A stretch of 64,000 bases of DNA from Camelus dromedarius (GCF_036321535.1 NC_087436.1:39062001-39126000), one strand, 5' to 3'; shown: positions 50,665-64,000, numbered from the stretch's first letter. Numbers and translations are program-made. Notes: a model not told the origin generated them from the sequence alone.

Positions 50665-52770
50665 AATGTGTTTAGGCTTCATTTTATAATGTGAATTTAA
50701 TCATTCTCAACAAATCATGTACCATGATCATACAATCTCAAATTTAAGAACACTTTAAGATAATATTCTAGATATTTTCTACCAAGGGGATCCCTCTCTG
50801 ACTATTAAAATTAAGATTCTGAGTCCAGACAGGTCAAAACCAGGTAAGCAGCCCTTCTTGAAGAATGCTTTCATAGCCAGGCTCATGTCTGATTGGGCAT
50901 GAAATGTATTTCAGTTTATCTCTAACAAGTGCCCACTAATTCCTACTAAGGTCTTAAATGATAATTAGTATGCTTACTGATACAGTTCTAAAGTTTATAT
51001 CTCCAAGTGCATTTGCATTTAAAATGATACTCTTAGAAGCAGAAGCATTTCTTTAAGTGCCAAAGCAATGATGCTGTTGAAATTTGAAGTGATTCAGTTA
51101 GTTTTGTTCTGGTTGGGTCTATTCTTTTATTGTCACAAACTGTAATCTATATAGAAGGCCTCCCCCTTTTCTGAACAATCTCATTCCTTTTGTTTTGAAA
51201 GAACATGCTAATTTATTGTAAAAATTAAATGAACTCAATATTTCCAAGGAAGCAACAAAAGCAATGGGAAAGAGAATATTCATCCAGTTTTGAAAAATAT
51301 CTGTTTACTGACTGCCAGATATATTTATTTTGTTGTCTTGAATGGAATTATTAAAATAAAGAGTCATGAGAGAGTTACTAATAAGTCAAGGATAAAATAG
51401 TACTCAACAATGAACATTTAAGTTAGGGATAGAATTATTCACATTTCATTCATTTAAATTTATTTAATATTTTTAATAAAGTAAGATTAGGTAGATAATA
51501 AAGCATATTTTTGAAGCATAAAACCATTCAGTCAGTGGAGTGAGATGTACTAGAATACAAACAGAAAATTAATCCTTTGGAGGACTAAAGAGGTTTTATG
51601 TTGATAAAACAGATGTGTCATTTTACCCTGTACCCTCTAAGGCCTAATCTTGCAGCAGGGGTTCCATTTATCAGCAATAAATTGTGTGAGTTTTAAGCAG
51701 CTTCATGGGTTTGTAGAGCAAGATGAAAAATTGGTTCTTGGAAAATAAACAAATCCCCAACTCAGCAGAGCTGTCTATCATCCAAACATGTGTTGTTTGA
51801 TGGGAAAAGTGTAGTTCATCATTATGCTTGTCAAGTGGAGCTTTTAGCGGTAGCCAAATAAGCAAAAGCACTGCGGTAGGAGTCATTAGCATTCCTTCAG
51901 AGCATGCAGTCTGAGGTCAGCATTCAGCATCAACTGCTGTGATAGTGTTTAGCTGACCTTTTGCATTTGTCTGAACAGTAGGAAATATTTTTCCTTCAAG
52001 AACCATGTTCATATGGTGATACTTTCCTTGCCACAAACGCTTTTCCAAAGGACTACTCTTTCTCCATTTCAAGGTTGTATGCCATGGTCAATTATGCCCC
52101 CATATACCCCTTGCCAACTTCACCAATATGGTGCTGTTCATAGGTATATTTTGAAGAATAAAAATTTATGAGGGTACAAAAGATTTTTACCTTATATTGT
52201 GTATAATTGTGCATTTTTATAATTTGTATAATTGTGCATTATTATGTATCCAAGTAAAAATTCTATCTCCTGAAAACATTCTTACTTGTTAAAATGAAAT
52301 ACATTGTCAGTAATAAGAGTAAGTTTGGACATAAAAATCATTAGTATTTATAATGTTGAATCTCTATCATTGAAATTATCAACCAGTCTTCTCCAAAGGT
52401 GATTAGTCCTAAATTCATAAAATACATGTCCTAGTAGAAAAGAACACCAACTCTGATGAAAGAAGACATAGGTTTCAATTGTGTGGCTCCCATGCTTACT
52501 AACTGTCTGAACATAGATGAGTTACATTACATCCTTAAGCTCTAGCTTTCCAAAGTGTAAAATAGAACTAATAAATTTGATCTCTCCAGATGGTTAATAA
52601 GGATTAAAAATAATATGTGTTAAGTTCCATGATGCACACACAGCTCATAAAGGGGCTAGTGACTAGTGACTCAAGAAGGGACTACTGAGTAAGAATGAAT
52701 TGACTAGTGAATAAGAATGCATTGATTTCTAGTAAGAAGGGACTAGTGAATTAGAATGCATTAACTTCCT

Positions 52771-52797
52771 ACACACACAGACACACACACACACACA
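52771..52797 (+). repeat. (AC)n microsatellite
   Basis: Seen directly. Confidence 0.9.
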
Positions 52798-52999
52798 AAA
52801 GGAACATGCCAAGTAAAAAGAAAAGCTATAAAATATTTTTGTTTCTATTCACATACTCGGTATTATCTCATCATAATCTAAGATAAATAATGTTCTATCT
52901 GTCTTTTCCTCAGCAAGTACATATTTTATAACTGAAAGATGGAGGAAGACAAGCCTATTATGTTTCCCAGCACAAGTAATAATACAAATATTTAAATTT

Positions 53000-53280
53000 T
53001 AGTGGCTTATTTTTATTGAGCACTTGCTATGCTAAGCCTTTTACATCCTTATACCGTTTATCTCTATAAAACCTTAATGAGAAGTATAAATGTACTTCCA
53101 CTTGTATACACTCAGATGGACTGCCAGTACTTTCATTTTATGGATAGGAAAACAGAGACTCAGGACTCAGAGACTCAAGTTATGCACCTTCCCTAAAATC
53201 ACAGAGTTAGGGCCAGAATTTGAACCCAGGGATTCTGACTCTAGAGCTTGTGTTTTTAACCACTACACACACTGCCTCCC
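53000..53280 (-). mobile_element. MIR (another MIR on + at about 52430-52650)
   Basis: ttattgagcacttgctatgc...ggaaaacagagactcag...gaatttgaacccagg...tgactctagagc. Confidence 0.7.
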
Positions 53281-55039
53281 TAGTCAACAATCTAAATTGT
53301 CTACCATGAGCCCTAGAGTGAAGAGAGAGAGAAGTGTAACAACAGTTGACATGTGGTGAGTGAAGTCAGGGAGGAAACGGAAGGGACCAGGTAGAGGTGA
53401 CAGAAACTTGCCTAGTCAGTCCATAAACCAGTTTTGGGAAAGACAGATTTTGTTTATTTTGTTTTCTTCTTCCTCTTTTATTAAGAGTTATATATGAAAT
53501 ATTCCTTAGAGATTGGAGAATAGTCAGTATTGTGACCCAGAATGTTACAAATTCAAAATTGAATAAAATCATCTTTGGCAAACTGTAATTTGATACAACA
53601 CACCTATGTGAGCATGTGATATAATTCCTTTTCTTTGAAAACATTCCTTTAAGAGTCCTCATTCCACACCTAATACATTTGTCAGATGAGCGAGTTTCTA
53701 TCCATAAATACTATATTCCCTTTCAGTGTCTCAGTTTAATCAGGCCATATATCTAAGAGAGATATTGGTAATGTAAGTATAAATATTATGTTCTATTGCT
53801 TACAGCCTCTTGATCCATATCAGGAAAGATTTATTTTACTGAATGCAAAGTTAAGGCTTCTTTGAGAAATTTAGCAGTATTATTATCATTTCATAGACTA
53901 AATCTAAGAAGAGTGTCAGCTATTCTCATTTATTTTTATGATAAATAATTCCCTGGTAAAGTGAAAAAAATTCCTTTTCTATTAACTTATTATTGCTTCA
54001 TTTCCAACTCTTCCAGAACTTACTAGAAAACAAGTATCAGATTTGAGTTCTCATAGAATCTTGTACTTAAACTATTTTGTGTGGTATACGTGACATATCA
54101 ATCATGTCAGATTCCTATTAGTGAAACTAAATCTTGTCTCATGGGCTGCATTTTCACATACAATTCATTGACAAGTCCTCTTGGAAGATGTCAAAGTGGT
54201 AGAACCAAGACAATCTCCTCCTTATGTTCCAGTACTGTATGTATTAAAATTACATGAAAAAGAAAGAGGAAATTAGCATAAATTAGCCTATCCCATGTAG
54301 GGCTGTCCTTAATCCATAAAATAAAGTCTTGGGACCTTGAGATAACTAAGACAGGATGAGTGACATGATCTCAGACAACAAGTAAAAACATTTTGATAGA
54401 GGCTGGAAAGTGGTCCGTGATCTAGTTGCCCTTTCTGAAGCCCCACCCCTTCCTTGATTTTCCACTTCAGGCCTTTGACAAAACTTCCCTCAAACCTGTG
54501 AGACAAGATTTAATAAGCATTCCCTCACTCCAACTGGCTCTTAAACTGAAAACGTAGGTCTGTATTCCTCAACTATCTAGAGAAATGGTCAGAATGGTCA
54601 TTGCAAGAGCAATGATGATGGTTAAAGTTTTAGAAGTAAGTAAATGAGTCCCACTTTTAATGGGCTTGCTCTCTAGATCCTGAGCTCCAAACTCAGCCCT
54701 TGATGGAGAGTTTCCTAGTAGCAAAACTGAGTTTACAAGTTGTTAGGAATTCATGTTTACAGTGGTAAAATATTTTTGGAAGTCAATAGTAAGTAGAAAT
54801 ATAACAGTTTCAGGATGATAAGGCAAAAGAAAACAACAAGGACCAGAACACGATGGAATAAAAATAGTAATAACCCAAGGAAAATCTTAATTGTAGGAAG
54901 CAAAAAGCATCCTGGAATTTAGTGCAGAAATTCAAACAGTAAAGTGAAAAACAAGACTTGAGAAAATATCTAGGCCATGGGATAAATACATAAGAAATAT
55001 AACTAATAACTGAGTAAATCAAAAGTCAGTGGGGAAGAC

Positions 55040-55592
55040 TGTAGCAGAGTTGATTGCATTGCTCAACTTTTGTCCCAAGCCCCTTTGAATGTGCCTTCTT
55101 TGAAACAGAGGCTTAAAAGATAAAATAACCTTTCCCAGACTCTCCTTCAACTAGTGTTCTGGGGGTGATATAATCCCAGCAAGCAGGTGTACCTGACAAG
55201 AAACTTGTTTTGACACTGAATTAATTGGAGAGAGGCATCAGACTATGAGGCCTCCATCTTGCTGGTGCAGATCTGGGAGATGATTTTACTCTGGATGCAG
55301 CAGTTCTCCTGGCAGCTCCTTCATCTCAGATCACAGCTAAGGTGTGTAACCCTGGACCTGGCGCTGGGCTGGCCCATTAGCCTTCTGACTTCTCAGCTTC
55401 CTGATTGTGGCCAGTGTTGCCAATCCCTCGTGCCAGTTCTGCAGTGTTGTTTGAAGTCATTTTTGGAGGCCCTACCTAAAATGTGCTTTTCCAGATCTTT
55501 CAACGGTTCTACAAGTACTTCTTCCATTCCTTTTCTCACTAAAATAACGAGAGAGGTTTCTATTTTCTGCAAATGAACCCTGAACTGATACA
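55040..55592 (+). mobile_element. Old ERVL solo LTR (LTR16-group-like)
   Basis: TGTAGCAG start, tttcccagactctccttcaactag motif, ends gaaccctgaactgataca. Confidence 0.6.
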
Positions 55593-58528
55593 GAAAGATA
55601 GAATTAAGGGCAAACATGGATGGTAAAAAAGGACAAACAGCAAAAGGGCAACTATTTCTCAAATACAGAAAAGAAAAAAAGATGGACACAGATGCTGATA
55701 TTTTAAGATAGACAGGAGAGACCGTGCAGGAACTTAGATAAATTGTATGAGGTCACTGTCTGCTAAGAATAAAGGAGGAAAGGCAGAGGGGGACTAAAAC
55801 TTGTGGACAATGAAGGAAGTTCAGAAAAACCATTGTAAAGTACATACTAAGACTCAATATGAAAGAACTAAAAGCTTTGTGAAGAACTTAGAAGGAATAA
55901 AGTGAAATGATGATCAAAAACCTGTACTGTTGTCTAGACAAACATTCTAAAAGGAGAATAGATAATTCCTAAAATGAAGTGAGGCTTTTCTCCGTTAGCA
56001 CATTGATAAATATAAAAAATTGAACAAGAAATTCAATTATACAAATTGTCTACATAGTGAAAATAATTCTTACACTGTATATTCAAGTCAGGTCATGGAT
56101 GCAAATACAAGTAGACATTAGAATTTTTCGGTTATTCTATACTGAATTCCTCAATTCAAGCTCAATAATCTGTTCTCAGGTTGACTTTTGAAGACTATGA
56201 ATTTTCTGCTCTGGTTACTAATATACTTCCAGATACTGGGCAAAAAGTTTTCCTTTTTCTAGGATGATTCTCTTTATCCTTAGGGACCAAGTTGCCATAA
56301 AAGTAAAAAGCTTTCCTGGTAGCAACTTTGGAAGGATTCCCAGAGTAAATAACTCTCTTTGACAGGAATGAAGGCCCTAATCCATGGGGCTGCATACTTA
56401 AGAATCTGCATACCAGTGTGATTCCACAGGCAGAAACGATGCCGCAGTATAACTGCTATGAGCCGTTACAAAGCAGCCACCATGATGCTAGAAAACCAAC
56501 AAGTACAAATATGGAATGGTATTCTCTGCTCTTCTTTCCTTCCTAAGAATGTAAACATCCCAGCTCTTTCAGAAAAGCACTGATGGACCAGAGCCTATGT
56601 AGGACATGTCCCTGTCTGCTCTTTTGTTGGATTAAATTGTGAAAGACTGTCCAGAGGCTTTGAACTACAGGCAGATTCTTTTTATAAACATTTACACAGA
56701 ATATGAAAGAAAAACTTTTTAAAGACCTCATTAAAAAAGCACATGTGAAACCTAAAAGATTAGATAAATAAGTAGCCAGTATAATCAGGATTACTCAGAA
56801 AAGAGAGCAGAACTAGAACTCACTGTTTGGGTTTCTCAAACCTCTGGTTATATTTATTAACTGCACACCCAACTATTAACCAAATGATTACTATGCTGTA
56901 ATACCTCCTCTATTAAGAATTTAGTTATCTAAAAAGTCTATAAGTAAGCTCAACTCAGTCTTCTTGAGTGGTCAAAATATAGTAAAAAATAAAGTTCACA
57001 AAAATTTCTGTACATCACTGTGTCTGGAATCCTTTTTCAGTCTCTTTGCCCAATTTTGTACAATTCTAATAAGCTTCTTTAATTTGGTTTACAAAAAATA
57101 AGAAATGGAGAAACAAACATGCACCCTGTATAAAGGAAGATGTTACAATTAATACAGCTGTATTAAGCAAGGAAGTAAAAGCCAACATTTAAAAACTCAT
57201 GAAAACCTTAAAAAAAAAAAAAAAAAGAATACTGGCATCATTTAATGGAAGTGTAAAAAACTCTCACATGCTCAATGGAACTTAGTGCCTCTACTGTATC
57301 TGAGAAAAATAATAGGCATCAATAATAATGATCACAAGTCATTTAAAATGTTTAAATCATCTTAGTAGATGGATTAGATGCAGTTTAACATGTGACACCT
57401 TTTAGAAAGATTACCATTCCAAACAGCTAAAATAGAAGTTTTGCTATTTAAAGGTAGAACTAAATTTGAGGCATTGCCACATTAATGAAGTGAGGGAAGT
57501 AGATTAAAATTCATAATCTGAGGTCCTAAATACTTTGCTTCTATTGGTGTGTTTACTGAAATGGTTTCATTTCAGACACTGAATATGTCTCATGTACCCA
57601 GAAAATGTACCTGTTTTTCTATAGCTCTAGACATGCTGGTACAGGGGCAGGAATGTTAATCAAGGACTATGCCCTTTCTGGGAAGGGCTGATTTAAATGA
57701 TCTCCAAAGTTTTAGTTAACTGGAATTTCCTTTAGTCCATCATCAGTGTATAAGAGTGTGTGATCTAAAGCAGCAATTCTCAAATGTCTCAAATGGTCTT
57801 AGGACCCACTAACCCTCTCAAAAATAATTGAGGGCTTTTTGTTCTTGTGGGTTCTATTGTTATTTACCATGTCAGAAATAAAAAGTAAAACATTTAAAAT
57901 TTCTGTTTTTTAATTAATTTTAAAATAAAATAACAATATGTTGACACAAATGTTTTATGAAAAATAACCATGTTTTCTGACAGTAAGATAATTTAATGAA
58001 AACAGTAACATGGTTTTCCATTTCTGTAAATCTCTGTAATGTCTGAGCTTAATAGAAGACAGCTGAATTCTCATATGTGCTTCTGTATTCATTCTGTTGT
58101 GTTACATTGTGTTGACTGAAATAGAAGAAGATCTAGACTCACACAGATACATAGTTAGAAAAGCTAGGAGTATTTTAATAACCTTTTCAGATAATTTTGA
58201 ATATTCTTTGATACTACATCGAATTCAGTAAGTGACAGTTTCTAAAGCTGCAATGTGGAATCTGAAACCATAGCCATGAACTTTTCATACTTCCATTAGT
58301 TTATTTTGTACTTTGGATGGATCTTTCACATATGCATGATTCTGTTTCATCACACACTAGTCATTTGAAAAATATTGATTCACTGAGTTAGCTGATCTTC
58401 CAAATGTTGACATATTTCATCATACAATAGACAAAATCACATTCCTTAATGTCATCAATGATCTCATCAGACCAGCCTTTTTAAGTACTGAGATGCTGTC
58501 AAATTCACAGTGGCAGGTGCAACTTTCT

Positions 58529-58612
58529 TTTTTCTTCCCCCTTATATATTTTTGTTTTTTATTTACATTGTTGTATTAATTTCTGGTATACAGCATAGTG
58601 ATTCAGTTATAC

Positions 58613-58662
<50 letters not shown>

Positions 58663-59752
58663 GTATATATACACATACATATTCTTTTTCATTACAGGTT
58701 ACTACAAGCCATTGAATATAGTTCCCTGTGCTATACAGTAGCAACTAGTTGTTTCTCTTTTCTGTACATGGTAGTTTGTATCTGTTAATCCCAAACTCCC
58801 AATTTATCTTTCCCCCTCGGTAACCATAAGTTTGTTTTCTATGTCTATGAGTCTTTCTATTTTGTAAATAAGTTCGTTTGTGTCATTTTTTTAGATTTCA
58901 CATATAAGTGATATATTATGTTTGTTTTTCTCTGACTGACGTATTTCACTTAGTATGATAATCTTTAGGTCCATCTATGTTGTTGCAAATGACATTATTT
59001 CATTCCTTTTTATGTCTGAGCAGTGTGCCGCATACATACCATGTTTCCTTTATTCATTCATCTTTCAGTGGACATTAAAGTTGCTTCTGTGTCTTGGCTA
59101 TTGTAAATAGTGCTGCTATGAACATTGGGATGCATGCGTCTTTTCAGATTAGAGTTCTCTCCAGAATATATGCCCAGGAGTGGGATTGCTGGATCATATG
59201 ATAACTCTAGTTTTTAAAAGAACCTCCATACTGTTCTCCATAGTGGCTGCACCAGTTTACATTCCCACCAATAGTGTAGGAGGGTTCCTTTTTCTCCACA
59301 CCGTCTCTAGCATGTATTATTTGTAGACTTTTTGACAATGGTCCTTCTGACCAATGTGAGGTGATACCTTATTATAGTTTTGATTTGCATTTCTCAAATA
59401 ATTGATGTTGAACATCTTTTCATGTGCCTGTTGGCCATCTGTATGTCTTCATTGGAGAAATGTCTATTTAGAGCTTCTGCCAGTTTTTTGATTGAGTTGG
59501 GGTTTTTTTTAGTATTGAGCTGTGTGAGCTGCTTGTACGTTTTGGAAATTAATCCCTTGTCAGTTGCATCATTTGCAAATATTTTCTCCCATTCCATAGG
59601 TTGTATTTTTGTTTTGTTTATGGTTTCCTTTTCTGTGCAAAAGATTTTAAGTTTAATTAGGCCCCATGTTTATTTTTGTTTTTATTTCCATTACTCTTGA
59701 ACATGAATCCAAAAATATATTGCTGTGATTTATATCACAGAGTTTTCTGCCT
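58529..59752 (-). mobile_element. 5'-truncated L1, cetartiodactyl-type 3' UTR plus ORF2 C-terminal remnant
   Basis: ORF 59394-59597 ([23 protein letters not shown]...[22 protein letters not shown]) is L1 ORF2p-like. T-rich tail at the left end. Confidence 0.92.
58607..58680 (+). repeat. (TA)n(CA)n compound microsatellite within the L1 3' UTR
   Basis: Seen directly. Confidence 0.9.
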
Positions 59753-61099
59753 ATGTTGACACATTTCACCATACAGTATATAAAATCACACTCTTTAGTA
59801 TCATCAATGATCTCATCAAAGAAGTCTACAAGTATTGAGATGCTGTCAAATTCATGGTTGCAGGTGCAACTTTCTAATTTTCTCATGAAAGCTCAGACTG
59901 TCTGTTGTTTTCCTTGAAGTGACAGGCTCAGGCTCACTTTGCTCATTTTCTAGAAGATGTCTGCTAAATACCCAAGTCTGAATAACCATAGTTTGTCTGT
60001 CAGTCATTCTTTAAAGTAAAAATGTTCCATGAAGAAAAATGACTAACTGAGCTTGGAATTCAAAAAACTGTACAAGTGATTGCTCAAGACAAAGTGCTTT
60101 ATATGTATGTTCATTTTGTCTTGCAGAATATTAGAAAAATGTGTGCTCGAGATTTAATAAAATGCAAACTTTTACTGCTTCATCAAGGACATCCTTACTT
60201 GAAACCAGCATCTTGTTAAGTCAAATAGTGACAGTGAGGAATACAACAACTCCTAGTACAGGTATGTGTCACTGCCTCAAATGCTAAGGTGTCATCCATC
60301 TTACACCATCAGTGCAAACTGCAACACAGTGAATGAGACAATGTCTTAGTACTGTTATGAAAATCATTTTGACCTCACAGATCTCCTGAAAGCATCTCAG
60401 AGACCTCTGGAGGTCTGCAGACCACACTTTGAGAACTACTCATCTAAAGGGTATGTGATAAGCGTCCTTGGCCTCTTGGGTATCTGAGTTTGAGAAGAGG
60501 AAATTCAATCAAAGGCAATGCAAAGGCAAACAGAAGTAAGGTCCAACTTGGGGAAGAAAGGTGGACAGTAGCCAGGAAGGGATGATTTTAAGAGCTGTGG
60601 GCTGAGAGATAACGCCTGAAATCAACCATGAATTCAGACTAAATGGAGAGGTGAACAGTCCGTTGTCTGTAGAGAGAAGGACAAAGGGAAGAAGAAAATC
60701 TTCACTGGGCTGGAATGTCAAGGGTGTTTTTAAAATAGCTCCCATTCAGTTTTCAAGCTACTAGCTAGTTGAAATTCATTGAGAGCTGTGACTGCAATAT
60801 GAAGATCTTTCTGTCATTTACAACCCGTTGTATGCCTTGCACGTACAGGCATGCAATAAATAGGTGCTGAATAAATGTCAATATGAGGAAATTGAATTTT
60901 ACCTAAATGTCCATCTCAACTTCCCTCAGTACCAGTCATTCCAAAGCCTACCACTTTCTACTTATTCTTTCTTTGTTGTCTCTTCTAGGTTTGAGATTAC
61001 TACAAAAGTATCATGTGATCAATGAGAAATTTCCAGTGTATTTGAGGAAAAGAATAAGTCCTCTTGAATGTTGGACATCAGAGATAACCTGAGTTTTCC

Positions 61100-61640
61100 C
61101 CAGCAAAGGAGATGGCCACACCGTGACTCAATAAGCAACTCTGCAGCTGCTCCTGCCAATCACTCCATTTCGCCATCATTCCCCCGGCCCCATGAGAGGT
61201 AAGGTCACAAGACAACCAGTAAAACATAAAACTTGACTAAATGTGGGCTTGGCTGCAATTTATGGAGATAAGCACATGAGCAGAAGCGGCACAAGGCACC
61301 GGGGCAGAGGCACTGCCGCAGGTGCTGCTGCTGCTGCAGCTCCTTCCTGCGTGCTCTGCCCGCCTTGTCACGCCCACGGGGCTGAGCTAGGCTGTGACAG
61401 TGGATCTCCAAGTCCCATACTTCAAGAAGGGAAATCAGGGTCATGCCAAGTGTCCTCTCTGCCCAAGTAAGTGTTCTGTTGATGCGTTTTAAAACCAGTC
61501 ATACTCCCTGCTGGGGCTGACGAATACTTCTCCTATTTATTTCTGATTGAGGAGAGCCTACATGAATGTCACCATCTTGCCAAAAAATTCTGGGCCAGCG
61601 CCAGCCAAGGAGAGCCTTGCAGAGGCAGGCAAGAACCCTC
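61100..61640. promoter_or_regulatory. GC/CpG-enriched candidate enhancer or alternative promoter in intron 1
   Basis: Locally high CpG content, TGACTCA, E-boxes CAGCTG and CAGGTG, AGATAA, CArG-like CAATTTATGG, short (GCT)n. Confidence 0.45.
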
Positions 61641-62184
61641 AGCTACTCTCTCTTCCCACCTAGCTGGAGGTCTGTGTTGAATTTACAAAGGAAATAGAGT
61701 TGGAGCTTGAGGCTTTCCTTGGGTTATGTTATTTCATTAATTAGTTAGGTGATTTTCCTGCATATTCACTGACTGTCTTTCACGTGACCTATGGCATTCT
61801 GCAGTCCAAAGTACTGCCCTCAAGACGTTTATATTCTAAGATAGATAAGTATGTAGTTAAGTATAACCCAAGGTGATAACTGCTATAATTAACGTTAACA
61901 CAGCAGGCAGTGGGAGCACACAGCAGGGTCGTACCACCAAGGATTATTGGAGGAGGTATGTTTTCTAAAGGACAAATAAATGTCAGCCTGATGAGGTGAA
62001 ATGACGGGGAATCAGGGCTCAAGGGCCTAAAAACCTACACACAGTGAACGCTCAGTCAGTGCTTGTTGGATGAACTAGCTTTTCACAACACAACGCTGCC
62101 TCCCACAAATACTACAGTAGCTCGCAGAGTGCTTCAAAACAAATGCCAGTTAGCTCACCTACAAACCTGCTAGAGAAATCCCAT

Positions 62185-62560
62185 CTTTGCTCTTCAAAGT
62201 GAGGGTCACAGATACACAGCATTGGAACCACATGGGGACTTGTTAGAACCACAGAATCCCAGCCCTGAACCAGATGAACCAGCACCTGCATTTTGAGGTC
62301 CCCTGGGAATTCATATACACATTAGGGTTCAAGGCTGAACTGTACTAAAGGCTCATCATGCAGTGATGACCTCATAGGATGGTGGTTTGTAACCTTTGGG
62401 AAGGTTTTAAGACTCTCTGGAGAGGACTTCCAAAATGCAGAAACCCAGTTTCTACTCCCCTTTCTTCCACAAAAAAACAAATCTTAGGGGCTGGGACATG
62501 TGTATCTGCATTTTTAACGAACTCCCCATGGGACCCTGAGACCTGTTCTTCGACACAACC
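62185..62560. mobile_element. MER5-like fragments
   Basis: cttgttagaa..cagaatcccagccc, aaaatgcagaaaccca, tctgcatttttaacgaactcccca motifs. Confidence 0.55.
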
Positions 62561-62617
62561 TGGCATTATTTTCTATAGATTACTTTAAGGAAATATGTTG
62601 GGGGCCAACCATTTCTC

Positions 62618-62651
62618 TGTGTGTGTGTGTCTGTGTGTCTGTGTGTGTGTG
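62618..62651 (+). repeat. Imperfect (TG)n microsatellite
   Basis: Seen directly. Confidence 0.9.
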
Positions 62652-64000
62652 ATAAGAAGGCAGATCTTTACTGAGTGACTTTCTTCCAAGCAACCATATT
62701 ATTAATTCTTTAGAGCTTCAAATAACCATACTTTTTAGGAAGACTGGAAGATGAGTTTATGATAATTATTTTAATTTTTTTCATGTCCTTTTATTTTAAC
62801 TATATAATTTTTGTGGTTCTGAAAACAAAGATGTTCCAAAGCCAAGACTTCCTGGATTAGAAGTGGTGAACATAATGCAAGCTAAAGTGCTGCTAACACC
62901 TGCTTATGGGGAAAAATTATAACCCAGATTTTATCCCCAAGCAGGCAAATAACTAACTCTTCAAAAATATTTTGTGTAGCTTCCAGCCATATAAAAACTT
63001 CAAGTACCATTTGACAATATTTGTGCTAAATGTACAATGCAAATATAACAACACATTCAAATTTTGATTTACTTTAGCGATAATTTTTATTCCCTAACTG
63101 GTCATAAATTTTAACATGATGAAGACAAGGGATTTCCAATTGTTCTTGATTTTCATTTGAAATCAAATATGATGAAATTTCCATTTCCCCTCTATTATTA
63201 CATAAGCCTGAAGCAAAGAAATGGAATTACCAAGTCTTGTTTTATAGGAAAAATTATCTCCACATTAATTAAATTAGTTGAGCATAATATGGCATCTTCT
63301 ACTATTTGAAGGAAATAGAATAGTCAAATGGCAGATAAATATATTAAAGTATTTTAATGGGTTAAAGTTCAGTATAAAAACATTTGGTGTAACTCAAGCA
63401 AACTACACAACAGCCTGTATAAATTATGCTTTTAAAGGGGAAAAAAACATTAATTTCTTGAGATGAGGACTTTACTGATTTTACAAATTGTTTGTAAAAG
63501 AAAATGTAAGCAATATTGAATCTCCTCCTCTTCCCATTAAACAATTTGGATTTGAATGAAAATACAAAATCACCAATTTTTTCCAAAGAAATGGTTCAGC
63601 ACAACATCTCTGTTACTGTTTGATCACATTTGTATTTGCTAAGACTTGCTTTCATTTGGATTTGCTTCAGAGAGAAATAAAAAGCCTTAGTTTTGAAGTC
63701 ATTCAGCCATTCACCAAGTGTCTCCAGGAGCAGGTCTTGTTCTGGGCTTGCCTTCCCCAGACTTGCCCCGAGACCAGGAAGAACTTGGCAAGTGAACCTC
63801 CACCTTAAAAGGTTGGTTATATGGCATGCCCTGATAAACAGAGAATCACCAGGACCCAGAGTGAGAGAGGCACTAAACCCATGATGACTGATCTAATCCA
63901 ACAACAAATTATGTATTAAGCATGTAGTATGTGCAAGGTGCTGAACTCTGAAAAAATATGGAGATGTTTATGGTAGAGTTCTTAAATAGAGCTCAAGAAG

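Larger units (their letters stand above)
57771..60441. mobile_element. hAT-Charlie DNA transposon (Charlie1-like), interrupted by an L1
   Basis: Degenerate TIRs cagcaattctcaaa / tttgagaactactc and a perfect 8-bp TSD ATCTAAAG (57763-57770 and 60442-60449). Confidence 0.85.
13682..64000 (-). other. SYNPO2: SYNPO2 gene body (partial; exon 1 and main promoter lie beyond the right edge)
   Basis: Four spliced coding exons in consistent phase encode a recognisable synaptopodin-2 protein. The left boundary is inferred from candidate poly(A) signals. Confidence 0.95.

Noticed and set aside
1..64000. CRISPR arrays, operons, rRNA/snoRNA/miRNA genes or a novel multi-gene system
   Set aside because: This is eukaryotic intron-rich DNA explained by SYNPO2 plus common repeats. 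I found no repeat-spacer array, intact transposase/RT ORF or recognisable structured RNA gene.

Overview
Mammalian genomic DNA, most likely a camelid. The evidence is one camelid-type tRNA-derived SINE, a cetartiodactyl-type L1 3' end, and no recognisable ruminant, pig or primate SINEs. The window holds the 3' part of SYNPO2 (synaptopodin-2/myopodin) on the minus strand. I assembled exon 2 (49143-49294, second part of the PDZ domain), exon 3 (44965-45764), the large exon 4 (42535 down to an internal donor at 40350, or read-through to a stop at 40320 ending VWKPSVAEE) and the distal terminal exon (CDS 17377-17919), all with GT-AG sites and consistent phases. Exon 1 lies beyond the right edge, and about 1-13,600 is downstream intergenic DNA. 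The rest is intron/UTR with ordinary eutherian repeats (MIR, L2, L1, hAT DNA transposons, ERV1 and ERVL solo LTRs); repeat family names are from memory, not a search. I see no convincing new biological system. The best second-look items are: (1) an in-frame 91-nt candidate alternative first exon in intron 3, giving a PDZ-less isoform; (2) a disabled counterpart of a human SYNPO2 alternative last exon; (3) an AG|GTAAG recursive-splice-site/poison-exon arrangement in intron 4; (4) an L1 insertion with a ~125-bp target-site duplication inside a Charlie element; (5) several muscle-type regulatory motif clusters and a CTCF site.
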